Virus record (IMG/VR): IMGVR_UViG_3300009129_001428
Location: 14,915-78,914 of that record
DNA from: a virus
Taxonomy: Duplodnaviria > Caudoviricetes
Reading direction: 5' to 3' (one strand)
DNA length: 64,000 bases
Positions 8,705 through 17,935 of this stretch are shown piece by piece. The translations under genes were made by a program, and so were the position numbers. A model generated the notes under the pieces. It was not told where the DNA came from. It ran no database searches and saw only the letters and a program-made list of their open reading frames with translations. Position 1 is the stretch's first letter. Every line of letters starts with the position of its first letter.

Positions 8705-9385
8705 TTAAAACGTATGCCTTAGCCCTCCAAATACCGAAACTACTTCATCGACATTAGCAACGTCTTTAAGATCAGTTAAGTCTACGCCTACAAAAAGCAA
8801 GGTCTTATCATTAATTGCCTTAGTTAGTAATGCGTCTGCGCCGTAATACGTAACCCTTTCGTCTTGGTATTCAGTATTCCCTGCGCTTGCCGCCAAGCCC
8901 AAGCCGTAACCTTCCCAGACTTCTAATTGCTTGCTTAACGAAGCCTCTACAGTCGTAATTGACTCGTCAGGATTATAATAGACTCTAGCCGTGGCGTCTA
9001 AAATAATCTCCGCCCCAAGTTCAACGTAGAATTCTGTGTCATTTCCCAATACATGATTATCTGTATAGTTAACGACCCCTACGGAAGTCGTGACTCCATC
9101 AATAAGCTCCAGGCCCGTACTCGCCCCCAATTGGACCTCATCTGCGCCATCTTTTGTATTGACTGCTCCATCGACCCCCACTTGAAAACCTGCTAGTGAA
9201 AGCGTTGTCCCAAAGGAAGTTTGAATGCTTGGCTGATCTGCCGATACCCCCCGAAAGCCCAACTCTGAGTTGTAGGCTGCAGAGAAATTTCCATGCAATT
9301 CAGCCGCGTTAATCTTGTTATATGCCAGAAACCCAACAAGGGCAACTGCAACTACGATTCCGATTTTTACGAATTTATTTTTCAT
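8705..9385 (-). CDS. outer-membrane beta-barrel protein (TorF/TIGR02001-like putative porin)
   Basis: N-terminal signal peptide, SELGFRGVS near the N-terminus, alternating beta-strand pattern, C-terminal aromatic BamA signal FGGLRHTF. Confidence 0.7.
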   Translation of the reverse strand: MKNKFVKIGIVVAVALVGFLAYNKINAAELHGNFSAAYNSELGFRGVSADQPSIQTSFGTTLSLAGFQVGVDGAVNTKDGADEVQLGASTGLELIDGVTTSVGVVNYTDNHVLGNDTEFYVELGAEIILDATARVYYNPDESITTVEASLSKQLEVWEGYGLGLAASAGNTEYQDERVTYYGADALLTKAINDKTLLFVGVDLTDLKDVANVDEVVSVFGGLRHTF

Positions 9386-9405
9386 AATAATTATTTAAAG
9401 GCACA

Positions 9406-9433
9406 ATGATACACAAGTATCAAGAAATGTCAA
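9406..9433 (-). promoter_or_regulatory. sigma70-like promoter of the porin gene
   Basis: TTGACA (9428-9433) - 16 nt - TATCAT (9406-9411); 20 nt to ATG 9385. Confidence 0.55.
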
Positions 9434-9615
9434 GATTTTTCTGAAGTCAGTTGCTCTTCAATGTCCTGAATCCTTTTTAATAAAAAGTCTAACCGAGACC
9501 TTACCTTTTTGTGGGTATCTCTAAGCTCACGAGTTAATACTACTACCTCTTCCTCGAGTTTAAGTAGCTTATCTTTACAATCCCCGCAGGATTTATCTTC
9601 GTCGCAACAGCTCAT
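9430..9615 (-). CDS. small coiled-coil protein with Cys-rich N-terminus
   Basis: MSCCDEDKSCGDCKDKLLKLEEE... followed by heptad helix. Confidence 0.55.
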   Translation of the reverse strand: MSCCDEDKSCGDCKDKLLKLEEEVVVLTRELRDTHKKVRSRLDFLLKRIQDIEEQLTSEKS

Positions 9616-10523
9616 TTGTTATTTAATTGTTTCTCTAACCTCTCAATCTTTTTTCTCAAAAGTAAAAGCTCGGTATTTATATAATAAGAAGTGCCAAATC
9701 CCTTTTCAATATTTTGCACCGCAGCTCTCTCTATGACCTTTTTCGGCGCAGGCGGCTCAAGACTTAGTTTGTTTTTAGATATGTCTTTAAAAACGATTTC
9801 ATTTAATTCTCTTTGGGCATTGCCGTATTGCCTGTGATATGTGATGCATTGTAGAATATTAGATGGATCATGCTTGTATTTCTTATAACTTTCTGGATAA
9901 AATAAATGTGGGTAGGACACTTGTGTGATCTTTAGTTGATTGCCTAGCCATCCGAGCTTTGTGTCTGCTCCTGCGGCAGTAGGATAATCCTTCGCGTGCT
10001 TGGGGGGTATTTGGCGAGGCAGGCACAGCCATTCAAACCAATCCTCCTCTTTAGCCCTTTTTATCATTTTTTTTGCTACGTGCATTGGCATAAGTGTGCC
10101 TCCGCCTCCCGATAAGTATTTTATCTGTCCGCCATTATAGGGATAATTGCCTGTCATATCCTTGCCGTACATCTTATCATCCGTGACCTCCAGCATTTTA
10201 GTAAAAGCAATTAAGTTGACCGTGTTGACAAATGTATCATCATCTCCAATAAAAAGCCAAGGACAGTCGTTAGCGTTTGCGACGACATGCTCAAGGCCCC
10301 TAAAGATCTTTGGCGGGCAACTATGGCAGTCACTATGATCTGTAGTGAATATAAAATCTCCCGTTACACCCACAGCGCGATTGAGGTCTTTGTCTAGCGG
10401 TGCGTCACAGCTGATAAAGTAATTGTTGAAATTGGCTAGCCACGTCTCTCTCACGGCTTTTATTCGAGAATCCCTAAACCTCGACCCGCCTAAAATTAAT
10501 ACACAAATATCATCTATTTTCAT
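9612..10523 (-). CDS. Fringe-like / GT31 glycosyltransferase
   Basis: VRETW, WLFIGDDDTFVN (DDD motif), YLSGGGG, D-x-xLG; start at MKIDDIC. Confidence 0.7.
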   Translation of the reverse strand: MKIDDICVLILGGSRFRDSRIKAVRETWLANFNNYFISCDAPLDKDLNRAVGVTGDFIFTTDHSDCHSCPPKIFRGLEHVVANANDCPWLFIGDDDTFVNTVNLIAFTKMLEVTDDKMYGKDMTGNYPYNGGQIKYLSGGGGTLMPMHVAKKMIKRAKEEDWFEWLCLPRQIPPKHAKDYPTAAGADTKLGWLGNQLKITQVSYPHLFYPESYKKYKHDPSNILQCITYHRQYGNAQRELNEIVFKDISKNKLSLEPPAPKKVIERAAVQNIEKGFGTSYYINTELLLLRKKIERLEKQLNNK

Positions 10524-11391
10524 AAAGCATTTCTCGTCCATTTGATGCGCAGCCAAAAGAATATTCGTCGCATTGAAATGAGTCCCCGACTGATTCTCTG
10601 TCTTTATATTTGCCTCCTGCGAAGGCGAATTTACTAAAAAACTTTTCTGTATGCCAGCAATGTATTGTATAATAATCCCTGGCGTCATTTTGAGAGGTGG
10701 AGTAATAATCAAATTTATCCGTCTTTTTTATGTTAAGCTGGCTAGAATTAATCGCAACATGACCCGCGTATAACAATATCACTCCAGCGTACCATTGCGG
10801 CCACTTCCCTTCGTGTTTTTCAAACTCATTCTGCAAAAAATAGCCAACATAATCTAGGGTTCTTGCCCCTTGCCGAATCATGTTCTCGGTAGTAGAAAAC
10901 CAAGTGGAACCTATATTGGCTATGTTTTGGTCGGGAAGCCCGAGCTTATTTATAATTACGGGCAACTTCTTGCGGGCCGTTTCGCTGGCGTATGCTGCAG
11001 TTCCTGTAATAATATCTTTTTCTCCAACATTTGCATTTAAAATGCCATTACATAAAAAGGTGTCCACGTCCAGCCTTAGGCAATATTTATAATTTAATAA
11101 TATATCTATACATTCGCCGTCCACAAAAGGAGCAAATGAATCTGCGTAACCATAAGAATTGCCAGAATAAACGTATTTAAAGTGAGTTAACTGCGATATC
11201 TCTGGCAACTCCACAAAAATACAATGCTCTTTGGGGATGGACTTTTTAATAGACGAGGGGCCACAAACTAAAAAGTCAAACTTTTTATAAAGCTCAGTTT
11301 TAAAGACTGCGCTATAGTACAGGCCGTAAAACTGCTCAAGGAAATTCCCTTTGTCGGGGATATAGACCACTATTACTGAATCTTTACTCAC
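10510..11391 (-). CDS. glycosyltransferase-like protein (DxD motif)
   Basis: LRLDVDTFL, IHCWH; GTG start. Confidence 0.55.
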   Translation of the reverse strand: MSKDSVIVVYIPDKGNFLEQFYGLYYSAVFKTELYKKFDFLVCGPSSIKKSIPKEHCIFVELPEISQLTHFKYVYSGNSYGYADSFAPFVDGECIDILLNYKYCLRLDVDTFLCNGILNANVGEKDIITGTAAYASETARKKLPVIINKLGLPDQNIANIGSTWFSTTENMIRQGARTLDYVGYFLQNEFEKHEGKWPQWYAGVILLYAGHVAINSSQLNIKKTDKFDYYSTSQNDARDYYTIHCWHTEKFFSKFAFAGGKYKDRESVGDSFQCDEYSFGCASNGREMLYENR

Positions 11392-11427
11392 AACAGATAT
11401 TCAGTTTAAAAAAGAGTTATTCTAGTA

Positions 11428-11649
11428 TTAATCTTGTATTTCTTCTGTGCCTAAAATTTCCACTTCTATGCCAGCCTTTTTCATAATAAATTCAAACTGG
11501 GTCAAAGCCGATTCCTCGGTAGGCGCACTAATAAATCTCTGTCTTTCGACTCGATCTCCAAGCTTGCGATAAGAAACGTCAAACTCTTTCATGCCCCACG
11601 GGCCATTGGATTTGTTTTGTAGTCTTTTATTTCTGTTTAACATATTCAT
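11428..11649 (-). CDS. hypothetical protein
   Basis: Re-started at MNMLNRNK just downstream of an AGTGTA motif. Confidence 0.5.
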   Translation of the reverse strand: MNMLNRNKRLQNKSNGPWGMKEFDVSYRKLGDRVERQRFISAPTEESALTQFEFIMKKAGIEVEILGTEEIQD

Positions 11650-11659
11650 AATTACACTT

Positions 11660-12427
11660 TTATTCAAAATTTCTTGATTTGCCTTTATGCCCAGAGCCAA
11701 CTACGCCTAAATGGATAACTGGTATATTTAGCCCAACCATTAAGTTCTGTTCTATAAAAAAATGTCTAAATTGACTATCTGAACCGCCCGCTGTTGGAAA
11801 ACAGGGGTGAATTTGCCCTTGGTATTTTATGATTTTAGGATACGCCTCGTCCTTGACGTAAGTATCTATTAAGGCTTTATAGGTTTTATTGTCTAAATAA
11901 ATTTCTCTTCCTAAAACCCCCTCAATGACTTTGGATTTCATGTTAAAAAACTGAAAGAATCCTACGCCAACTTCTTTGTCGTCATCATTTACAAGTGAAT
12001 TTATATTTAATGTAGTCGGATTAAAGGCTATCGCTTTGATAAAATCCATATATTGGGCGCGCCCCTCAATAATAATCCTTCTGCACCCATATAAATTTTC
12101 TTTATCAAGATCTTTGTTTCTAAAAAAGTCTTTATGCGCAGGGAGAAGTAAGACATCGCAATCCGAGAATAGAACCCAATCATTGTGAGCTAGCTTGCTT
12201 ACCCCTTCGTTCATTGCCCTCCCTTTGTCGAAGGGCGCATTATAGCGATAAAAAAGATCTGTCTCCACGCATTCGACTTCCTCCTCTCGGCAGATTTTTT
12301 GCGTCTCGTAATCAGTAGGGGTAGTAACAACAACTACATTGTCTACTTTTAGTTTGTTATGAGGGAGCGTTTCTTTTAAAAAAGAGGCCCTCCCTACGCA
12401 GGTAGTGATTAGTTCTACTTTGGCCAT
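11660..12427 (-). CDS. GT2-like glycosyltransferase
   Basis: LITTCVGR, FDKGRAMNEG, WVLFSDCDV, GFFQFF, SDSQF. Confidence 0.65.
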   Translation of the reverse strand: MAKVELITTCVGRASFLKETLPHNKLKVDNVVVVTTPTDYETQKICREEEVECVETDLFYRYNAPFDKGRAMNEGVSKLAHNDWVLFSDCDVLLLPAHKDFFRNKDLDKENLYGCRRIIIEGRAQYMDFIKAIAFNPTTLNINSLVNDDDKEVGVGFFQFFNMKSKVIEGVLGREIYLDNKTYKALIDTYVKDEAYPKIIKYQGQIHPCFPTAGGSDSQFRHFFIEQNLMVGLNIPVIHLGVVGSGHKGKSRNFE

Positions 12428-12765
12428 TAGGCAATTAGCGCCCTTGCTAACTCTAGAAGAGAGACTTCTACAATTAATTCAGCCTCAAGCTTTTCGTACA
12501 TCTCTTCTTCGGTAAATCCCTCTAGTTGTGCCCATCTTTTTACCTTCTGGTCTTGCATAAAAACCTTTAATGAATCATTTTTTCTATCGATCCCTACGCT
12601 CGCATAAGCTCCGTTGTCTGAGCTACAAATTAAAACAATATTTCCAGCCTCCGTTTTTACAAACTTTCGGGTAAGAATTTTATTATTTTGTTCGCAAAAT
12701 CGTTTGAGATAAGAAAAGGCTACCTCAAGCCTAGAGTCTAGCTCAGGTTTCGTATTTTCTAACAT
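12427..12765 (-). CDS. hypothetical protein
   Basis: 112-aa ORF. Confidence 0.55.
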   Translation of the reverse strand: MLENTKPELDSRLEVAFSYLKRFCEQNNKILTRKFVKTEAGNIVLICSSDNGAYASVGIDRKNDSLKVFMQDQKVKRWAQLEGFTEEEMYEKLEAELIVEVSLLELARALIA

Positions 12766-13114
12766 ATCCTTTTAATAATAAAAAATCATTAATATTTAGC
12801 TTGCTGTTGTGTTCGACGACTATCAATGTGCCCAATACCCTTCCAAATTTTCCTGTTTTGTCCAGTTTGGTTTGTATGATGATGTCCTTGTTGTGCAATA
12901 ACTCCGCTAGCTTATCTTTTGCCCGAAGGCCAAGTTCTTTCTCTGCCATACGCTTTGCTTCATCTTTGATTTTTCTTTGCAACCTTGTCTCGGGGGCATT
13001 GATCCCTAGAAGCCTAATTCGTTTTTTAACAGATATTCCAAAGCCAAGATCAATTAATCCATCAACGGTATCCCCGTCAACGACCCTATCTAATTTCAAG
13101 CCATATTCATACAT
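12743..13114 (-). CDS. staphylococcal nuclease (thermonuclease) homologue
   Basis: RVVDGDTV, IRLLGINAPETR, GKFGRVLG. Confidence 0.85.
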   Translation of the reverse strand: MYEYGLKLDRVVDGDTVDGLIDLGFGISVKKRIRLLGINAPETRLQRKIKDEAKRMAEKELGLRAKDKLAELLHNKDIIIQTKLDKTGKFGRVLGTLIVVEHNSKLNINDFLLLKGYVRKYET

Positions 13115-13328
13115 CTTCTCTTTTCCTCTTGTTATTATATACTAGTTGCAGTATTTCTATAATTTTTTTGTCTCTTACTGGACGATAATTTTCGCAATCG
13201 ACACAGCCTTGCTCTGTGCAGAAGAACTTAGTTTTAATAATGAAACTAAAAAAACCTAGGAGCTTAACTGTTTTGGATAATTCAATCTCGTAACCCAAGC
13301 CCCTTTTGACAATGTTAGATACATTCAT
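13107..13328 (-). CDS. hypothetical protein
   Basis: 73-aa ORF, overlapping start/stop. Confidence 0.5.
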   Translation of the reverse strand: MNVSNIVKRGLGYEIELSKTVKLLGFFSFIIKTKFFCTEQGCVDCENYRPVRDKKIIEILQLVYNNKRKREDV

Positions 13329-13813
13329 TATTGACCGTAGAGGGCATTAAAAATAGACTTAGATTTACTCCTGAGTCTTTGCTTGCGCTCCGCAGTCTCT
13401 TCTTCTCTTTCGGCCCTAAGGCGCTCACGCTCTGCAGCTGCATCAATTAAGGCTTCGTTTTCAGAAGATAGCTGGGATAATTCTTGCAATAATTCCTCTC
13501 TTCTTCTTTCTCTATCTATCGCCTCTTGAGAGTAAGATTCCGTCTCTCTTTCTAAGTCTCTTAATTTACTATGCAGATCTGCTTCTTCCTTGGCTTGTTC
13601 TTCTTTGCGTAAACGATCCGCTTCTTCCTGTTCAGGGGTTCCCCTTGCGCAGATCAAGAATAAAACTTTCTGCGTATCATCTTCGTTTACAATATCAGCC
13701 GTGTAGTCAACCAAGTCTAACCACTGATCCTTATCAAGAGAGACATAGTTTACGCTACCTTTTACTTCTTCAGGTAGCGAACTATCTGTTACTAATGCAT
13801 AATCAAGATTCAT
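13328..13813 (-). CDS. coiled-coil protein
   Basis: Charged E/R-rich C-terminal two thirds; AGTGTA motif upstream. Confidence 0.6.
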   Translation of the reverse strand: MNLDYALVTDSSLPEEVKGSVNYVSLDKDQWLDLVDYTADIVNEDDTQKVLFLICARGTPEQEEADRLRKEEQAKEEADLHSKLRDLERETESYSQEAIDRERRREELLQELSQLSSENEALIDAAAERERLRAEREEETAERKQRLRSKSKSIFNALYGQ

Positions 13814-13829
13814 GATGAATCAAATACAC

Positions 13830-14132
13830 TTATCTAAGTAATTCTGGTACTTCGTCTGTCTCTTGGGCAGAACTATCAGCAGTGGGAGCTACTTCCTTGG
13901 CTGCTTCTGGGCTTGCTTGATCCCTGTCTTCAGACTGGTAAATCACGAAGTCTGGAGCCTTTGGGTTTTTAGCTTTATTTTTATTTGTAAAAATAACAAG
14001 CCTTACCTCTTGCTCAACGCCAAATTCTCCTACCTTAACAAAACCAGAAAGGTAGTTTTGGCTCTTACCCTGTCTCTTCCACAAAGCGCCCAGTTCACGT
14101 TTGCTCCAGTCGTTCTTTTTCTCTTCGCTCAT
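13830..14132 (-). CDS. DUF736-like putative ssDNA-binding protein
   Basis: ELGALWKR..YLSG....NK.K.PKAPDFVIY and acidic C-tail. Confidence 0.6.
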   Translation of the reverse strand: MSEEKKNDWSKRELGALWKRQGKSQNYLSGFVKVGEFGVEQEVRLVIFTNKNKAKNPKAPDFVIYQSEDRDQASPEAAKEVAPTADSSAQETDEVPELLR

Positions 14133-14151
14133 TTTTTTCCTTTGTTTTAAG

Positions 14152-14352
14152 TTAAACGCCTACTCCAGCGTCAAATAATTGCTTAATATTGTTTAAAAAT
14201 TTTTCTTTGTCGAGTTCATTTAAAGAAGAATACTCTTTCTTTATTGCTTTAAATTTACGCTTTACAATTGGGTCTCCGCCGTTGAAGCCCATAAGTTTAC
14301 GGATATATTTTGCTTTACTATTACTCATGATTTCTTTATAAAAAGTGCCCAA
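14152..14352 (-). CDS. hypothetical protein
   Basis: 66-aa basic ORF. Confidence 0.5.
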   Translation of the reverse strand: MGTFYKEIMSNSKAKYIRKLMGFNGGDPIVKRKFKAIKKEYSSLNELDKEKFLNNIKQLFDAGVGV

Positions 14353-14395
14353 TACGCTAAAACCGTGGTGGTTATATAAATTATAACGTCTTCCA

Positions 14396-14932
14396 TTATC
14401 TAAACTCTTTCCTTAATAATCTCCAGCGGTCAGAATCAATCTCCTTACTGCCACTATCTATAGCATACAGCATTTCGATGATTTCGTCAAGCGAATTATA
14501 AATATATTTATGAGGGAACATTCCGAGCATCCATAACGGAGTCTTTTGCTTGCCGCCCTCCATGCTAACAAACACGGGTTTTTTCATCCGCACCGCTGTT
14601 ACGATTTCTTCAGCACTTCCCCAGCTTGCGACATCAGGAACCAAATGAGCTATAATGAAATCGGAGCGGTCTACTAAATTTAAATCATATGACCTAATTG
14701 TCTTCATTCGCTCAGTAACCCTGTCGTATTGCTTAGTCTTCATCCAAACATCCATTTCTTGGCGAGTAGCCTCGTCCTCTTCTACATCTTTAATAAAAGG
14801 CTTTTTATAAGGATCAAAACACGTAATGTTCAAAGTCCCAAGTTGCTCAGCAACAGAATCCCTCCAATTTCGCCCACTCAAGTATTGCATGTGGCCTACG
14901 AGGTAGGTCTTTGTTTTATTTAGTAAATTCAT
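14396..14932 (-). CDS. nucleoside 2-deoxyribosyltransferase-like protein
   Basis: TYLVGHM, FDPY, DLNLVDRSDFIIA, GSAEEI...KPV. Confidence 0.65.
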   Translation of the reverse strand: MNLLNKTKTYLVGHMQYLSGRNWRDSVAEQLGTLNITCFDPYKKPFIKDVEEDEATRQEMDVWMKTKQYDRVTERMKTIRSYDLNLVDRSDFIIAHLVPDVASWGSAEEIVTAVRMKKPVFVSMEGGKQKTPLWMLGMFPHKYIYNSLDEIIEMLYAIDSGSKEIDSDRWRLLRKEFR

Positions 14933-14971
14933 TATGCTAATACAGTAGCATAAATCTCGCCAAAGGTCAAG

Positions 14972-15334
14972 CTATTTTATTCTTAAGACCTCCCATTTTA
15001 CCTTTTTCTCTTTAATTAGGTCTCGCACTTTGCGTTGAGTAGCTGTTAGTTGGGAATTCCCTGTTTTGACTTCCATAAATATTATTTCATCATCCTCGAA
15101 AATAACAAAGTCAATCGGGGTTGCTAAAAATCTGGCCTGTTTGTGGTTGTATTTAAAATCTTTTAATAAGGGAGTGAAGTGCTCGGCTATCTGTCCCGTT
15201 CTAATTTCAGAGCTTTTCTTTTGAGACTGTAGCTTTTTAAATTTCTTATTTAAAATCGACCGATCTCTTCTCCATAACAGCAGTATGATACAACAAGCAT
15301 GTAGGAGCAGTAATAAAATTATTATTTCTTCCAC
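14972..15334 (-). CDS. Holliday junction resolvase-like endonuclease with N-terminal TM helix
   Basis: GQIAEHFTP, FLATPIDFVIF, FMEVKTG...QRKVRD (PD-(D/E)XK). Confidence 0.7.
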   Translation of the reverse strand: MEEIIILLLLLHACCIILLLWRRDRSILNKKFKKLQSQKKSSEIRTGQIAEHFTPLLKDFKYNHKQARFLATPIDFVIFEDDEIIFMEVKTGNSQLTATQRKVRDLIKEKKVKWEVLRIK

Positions 15335-15492
15335 TTGCAGTAATTCGGGTCTTCGGCTCGCTTTCTTCTCATGTACTCCCGTTTTTGTTTGCGCCTACGG
15401 TCTAAATCCGCATCGTCATATTTCTTTCGGGCGCGAGCCTGAGCCTCTTTGCCTTTTTTGCTAGTCAGATATTTTTTTTGCCTTTCGCTCAT
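15322..15492 (-). CDS. small basic hypothetical protein
   Basis: Re-started at MSERQKKY; K/R-rich. Confidence 0.5.
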   Translation of the reverse strand: MSERQKKYLTSKKGKEAQARARKKYDDADLDRRRKQKREYMRRKRAEDPNYCKWKK

Positions 15493-17917
15493 TGGCCTTT
15501 TTTGCCACAATAATATTGTTTTTAACGTAAATCTCAAAATTTTTATCCTTTGACAATAAAAGAGGGGCTAGGGCCTTTTCTATTCTGTCTTCAATTAGCC
15601 TTTTGATGGGCCTTGCTCCATCTTTCTTTTCAAGAGCTTCCTGGCTTAGTAAAGAAAGCGCTTTGGGCATCACCTTTAATTTAATCTCTGATTCAAGCAA
15701 GCGAGCTTTAAGCTTCTCTATCTCAATCCCTAGAATCTGTTTAATATGTTTTTCTTCAAATGTATTAAAAACAATAATCTCATCGAGCCTGTTGATGAAC
15801 TCTGGTTTAAAAAATGACTTTACTTCTTTCATTACTAAGTCTTTAGTGTCGGTACCTGCATCGAGGAAGCCCATGTTTTTCACTCCCTTTGCTGCGCTAG
15901 CTCCAATGTTACCAGTAAGAATAATGATGCAATTTGCAAAACTAGTTTCCCTCCCAAAATTATCAGTCAACTTTCCTTCTTCTAGAATTTGTAGTAACAT
16001 CTGACAGACGCTAGGGTCGGCCTTTTCTATTTCGTCGAATAAAATAACAGAATAAGGATTCTTCTTAACTTTTTCTGTGAGTTGGCCTCCCTCTTCATAG
16101 CCAATATACCCTGGGGAAGCTCCCACCATGCGAGTTGCAGAGATTTTTTCAGAATACTCTGACATGTCTAATTGAATTAGCTTACTGTCTCCCCCAAAGA
16201 CTTCCCGCGCTAAGGTTTTAGCCAAAAAAGTCTTTCCTACCCCACTTGTCCCTAAGCAAAGAAACGCTCCAAAGGGTTTGTTTTTTTGTTTTAAGGGAGT
16301 GTGGCCTCTTAATAGGCAGTTATATACTTTATCTAATACTTCGTCCTGCCCGATAATAATCTTTCTTAGCCGCTTGTTCAGGCTATGAAATCTCTCTTTG
16401 GACGCATTATATAAAGACTGCAGTGGCACTTTAGCCTTTTGTGAAACAGCTTCAAATACAGCATTCTCTTTAACTATTATTTTAGCCAGTTCTTTTTTGT
16501 TCGCCCATTCTATAAGTATCTCTTGATAACTTTCGAATAAATCCTGCTGTTTCTCCTTGATGGCCTCATTATTGGGATTTTCATCCTCCTCCATCATTAG
16601 CACCTCTATCTCCGCCTCAATATCTTTTGCGCTTTGGGGTCGTTGATAATGAAGAATCTTAGTCTTAGCTCCAGCTTGGTCCAGTAGGTCAATGGCCTTG
16701 TCGGGGAAGTTCTTGCCTCCCATGTACTTGTCCGACAGGTTAACGCAGAGTTCTAGCGCTCGGTCGCTATATTTAACCCCATGAAAATCTTCGTAGTGTT
16801 GCTTGATCCCTTTTAATATTTCTAAAGCTTCTTTTTTTGATGGCTCCTCGATTTTAACTGCTTGGAAGCGCCTGTCCAAAGCCCCGTCTTTAGCTATTGT
16901 TTTTTTGTGTTCCTCATGCGTGGTCGCTCCAATACAAACAAGCTCTCCCCTCGCTAGGGCTGGCTTGAACATGTTTGCAGCATCCATAGTGCCCTCTGCG
17001 CTTCCAGCGCCAACAATAGTATGAATTTCATCAATAAATAAAATGACATGGTCTACTTGCGAGACCTCTTTAATGATCTTTTTTAAGCGTTCCTCAAACT
17101 GGCCTCTGTATTTCGTACCCGCTATAAGCATCCCCAGATCTAGCCCATAAATAATTTTATTTAATAAATATTCTGGGGCCTCTCCTTGAACGATTTGTGC
17201 CGCTAAGCCCTCTACTATAGCGGTCTTGCCTACTCCTGGATCTCCAATTAGAATAGGATTGTTTTTCTTTTTCTGGCATAAAATCTCGCAAGTTTCTCTA
17301 ATTTCCTCAGTCCTCCCTACAACTTTATCTATTTTTTTATTAACCACTAATTCATTAAAATTAACAGCAAATTTAGGTAGATACTCTACTCGTGCGCCAG
17401 GCTCAGGCAGGCTCTCTAGGGGATCTTCTCTTGCGCCCATATATGGCGACTCCATTGTTTCTGAATCTAAATCAGAAAAGTGCCTTTTCATTGCGGCGGC
17501 GATAAGCTTGGGGTCAATGCCTGTTTCGACGGCATACACATTGATTGGCGACTCAGTGTACTGGGAGAGCGCTAAAAATAAATGCTCTAGGCCTATGTAC
17601 CCGTGCCCAAGCTTTTCTGCGCAGGCCGCAGCAATGGATAGAGATTGCTTGGCTGAATGAGAAAAAGCGAAAGTATCCGCCTCTTGTTGTGGAAAATTTT
17701 TATTCGCCTCAATTAAAGATAAGACATAAGTCTCTAGCGAACCCTCATCTATTTGAGATTTCTTCAGGATTCTTGCAATCGCTTCTGCTTTTATTGCGAG
17801 TACGCCATAGGCTAAATGATTAATGTCTATAACACTACTAGAGCTTTCTTTTGCTGTCTCTTTTGCTATTTCAATGGCTTCTTGCGCCCGAGGCGTAAAA
17901 TTAGGTACTGTCTCCAT
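15461..17917 (-). CDS. clpC: ClpC/ClpA-type Hsp100 ATP-dependent unfoldase
   Basis: Two N-terminal Clp repeats ([15 protein letters not shown]), NBD1 [14 protein letters not shown], short coiled middle domain, NBD2 [15 protein letters not shown], ClpP-docking loop MGF (15866-15874), [15 protein letters not shown]; start at METVPNF. Confidence 0.88.
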   Translation of the reverse strand: METVPNFTPRAQEAIEIAKETAKESSSSVIDINHLAYGVLAIKAEAIARILKKSQIDEGSLETYVLSLIEANKNFPQQEADTFAFSHSAKQSLSIAAACAEKLGHGYIGLEHLFLALSQYTESPINVYAVETGIDPKLIAAAMKRHFSDLDSETMESPYMGAREDPLESLPEPGARVEYLPKFAVNFNELVVNKKIDKVVGRTEEIRETCEILCQKKKNNPILIGDPGVGKTAIVEGLAAQIVQGEAPEYLLNKIIYGLDLGMLIAGTKYRGQFEERLKKIIKEVSQVDHVILFIDEIHTIVGAGSAEGTMDAANMFKPALARGELVCIGATTHEEHKKTIAKDGALDRRFQAVKIEEPSKKEALEILKGIKQHYEDFHGVKYSDRALELCVNLSDKYMGGKNFPDKAIDLLDQAGAKTKILHYQRPQSAKDIEAEIEVLMMEEDENPNNEAIKEKQQDLFESYQEILIEWANKKELAKIIVKENAVFEAVSQKAKVPLQSLYNASKERFHSLNKRLRKIIIGQDEVLDKVYNCLLRGHTPLKQKNKPFGAFLCLGTSGVGKTFLAKTLAREVFGGDSKLIQLDMSEYSEKISATRMVGASPGYIGYEEGGQLTEKVKKNPYSVILFDEIEKADPSVCQMLLQILEEGKLTDNFGRETSFANCIIILTGNIGASAAKGVKNMGFLDAGTDTKDLVMKEVKSFFKPEFINRLDEIIVFNTFEEKHIKQILGIEIEKLKARLLESEIKLKVMPKALSLLSQEALEKKDGARPIKRLIEDRIEKALAPLLLSKDKNFEIYVKNNIIVAKKANERKAKKISD

Positions 17918-17929
17918 ATTGTATGTATT

Positions 17930-17935
17930 TACACT
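17930..17935 (-). promoter_or_regulatory. AGTGTA motif upstream of clpC
   Basis: 12 nt before ATG 17917; one of at least 11 copies. Confidence 0.55.

Noticed and set aside
15461-17917. Calling the Hsp100 ClpB (disaggregase)
   Set aside because: The middle domain is short and an MGF ClpP-docking loop is present.
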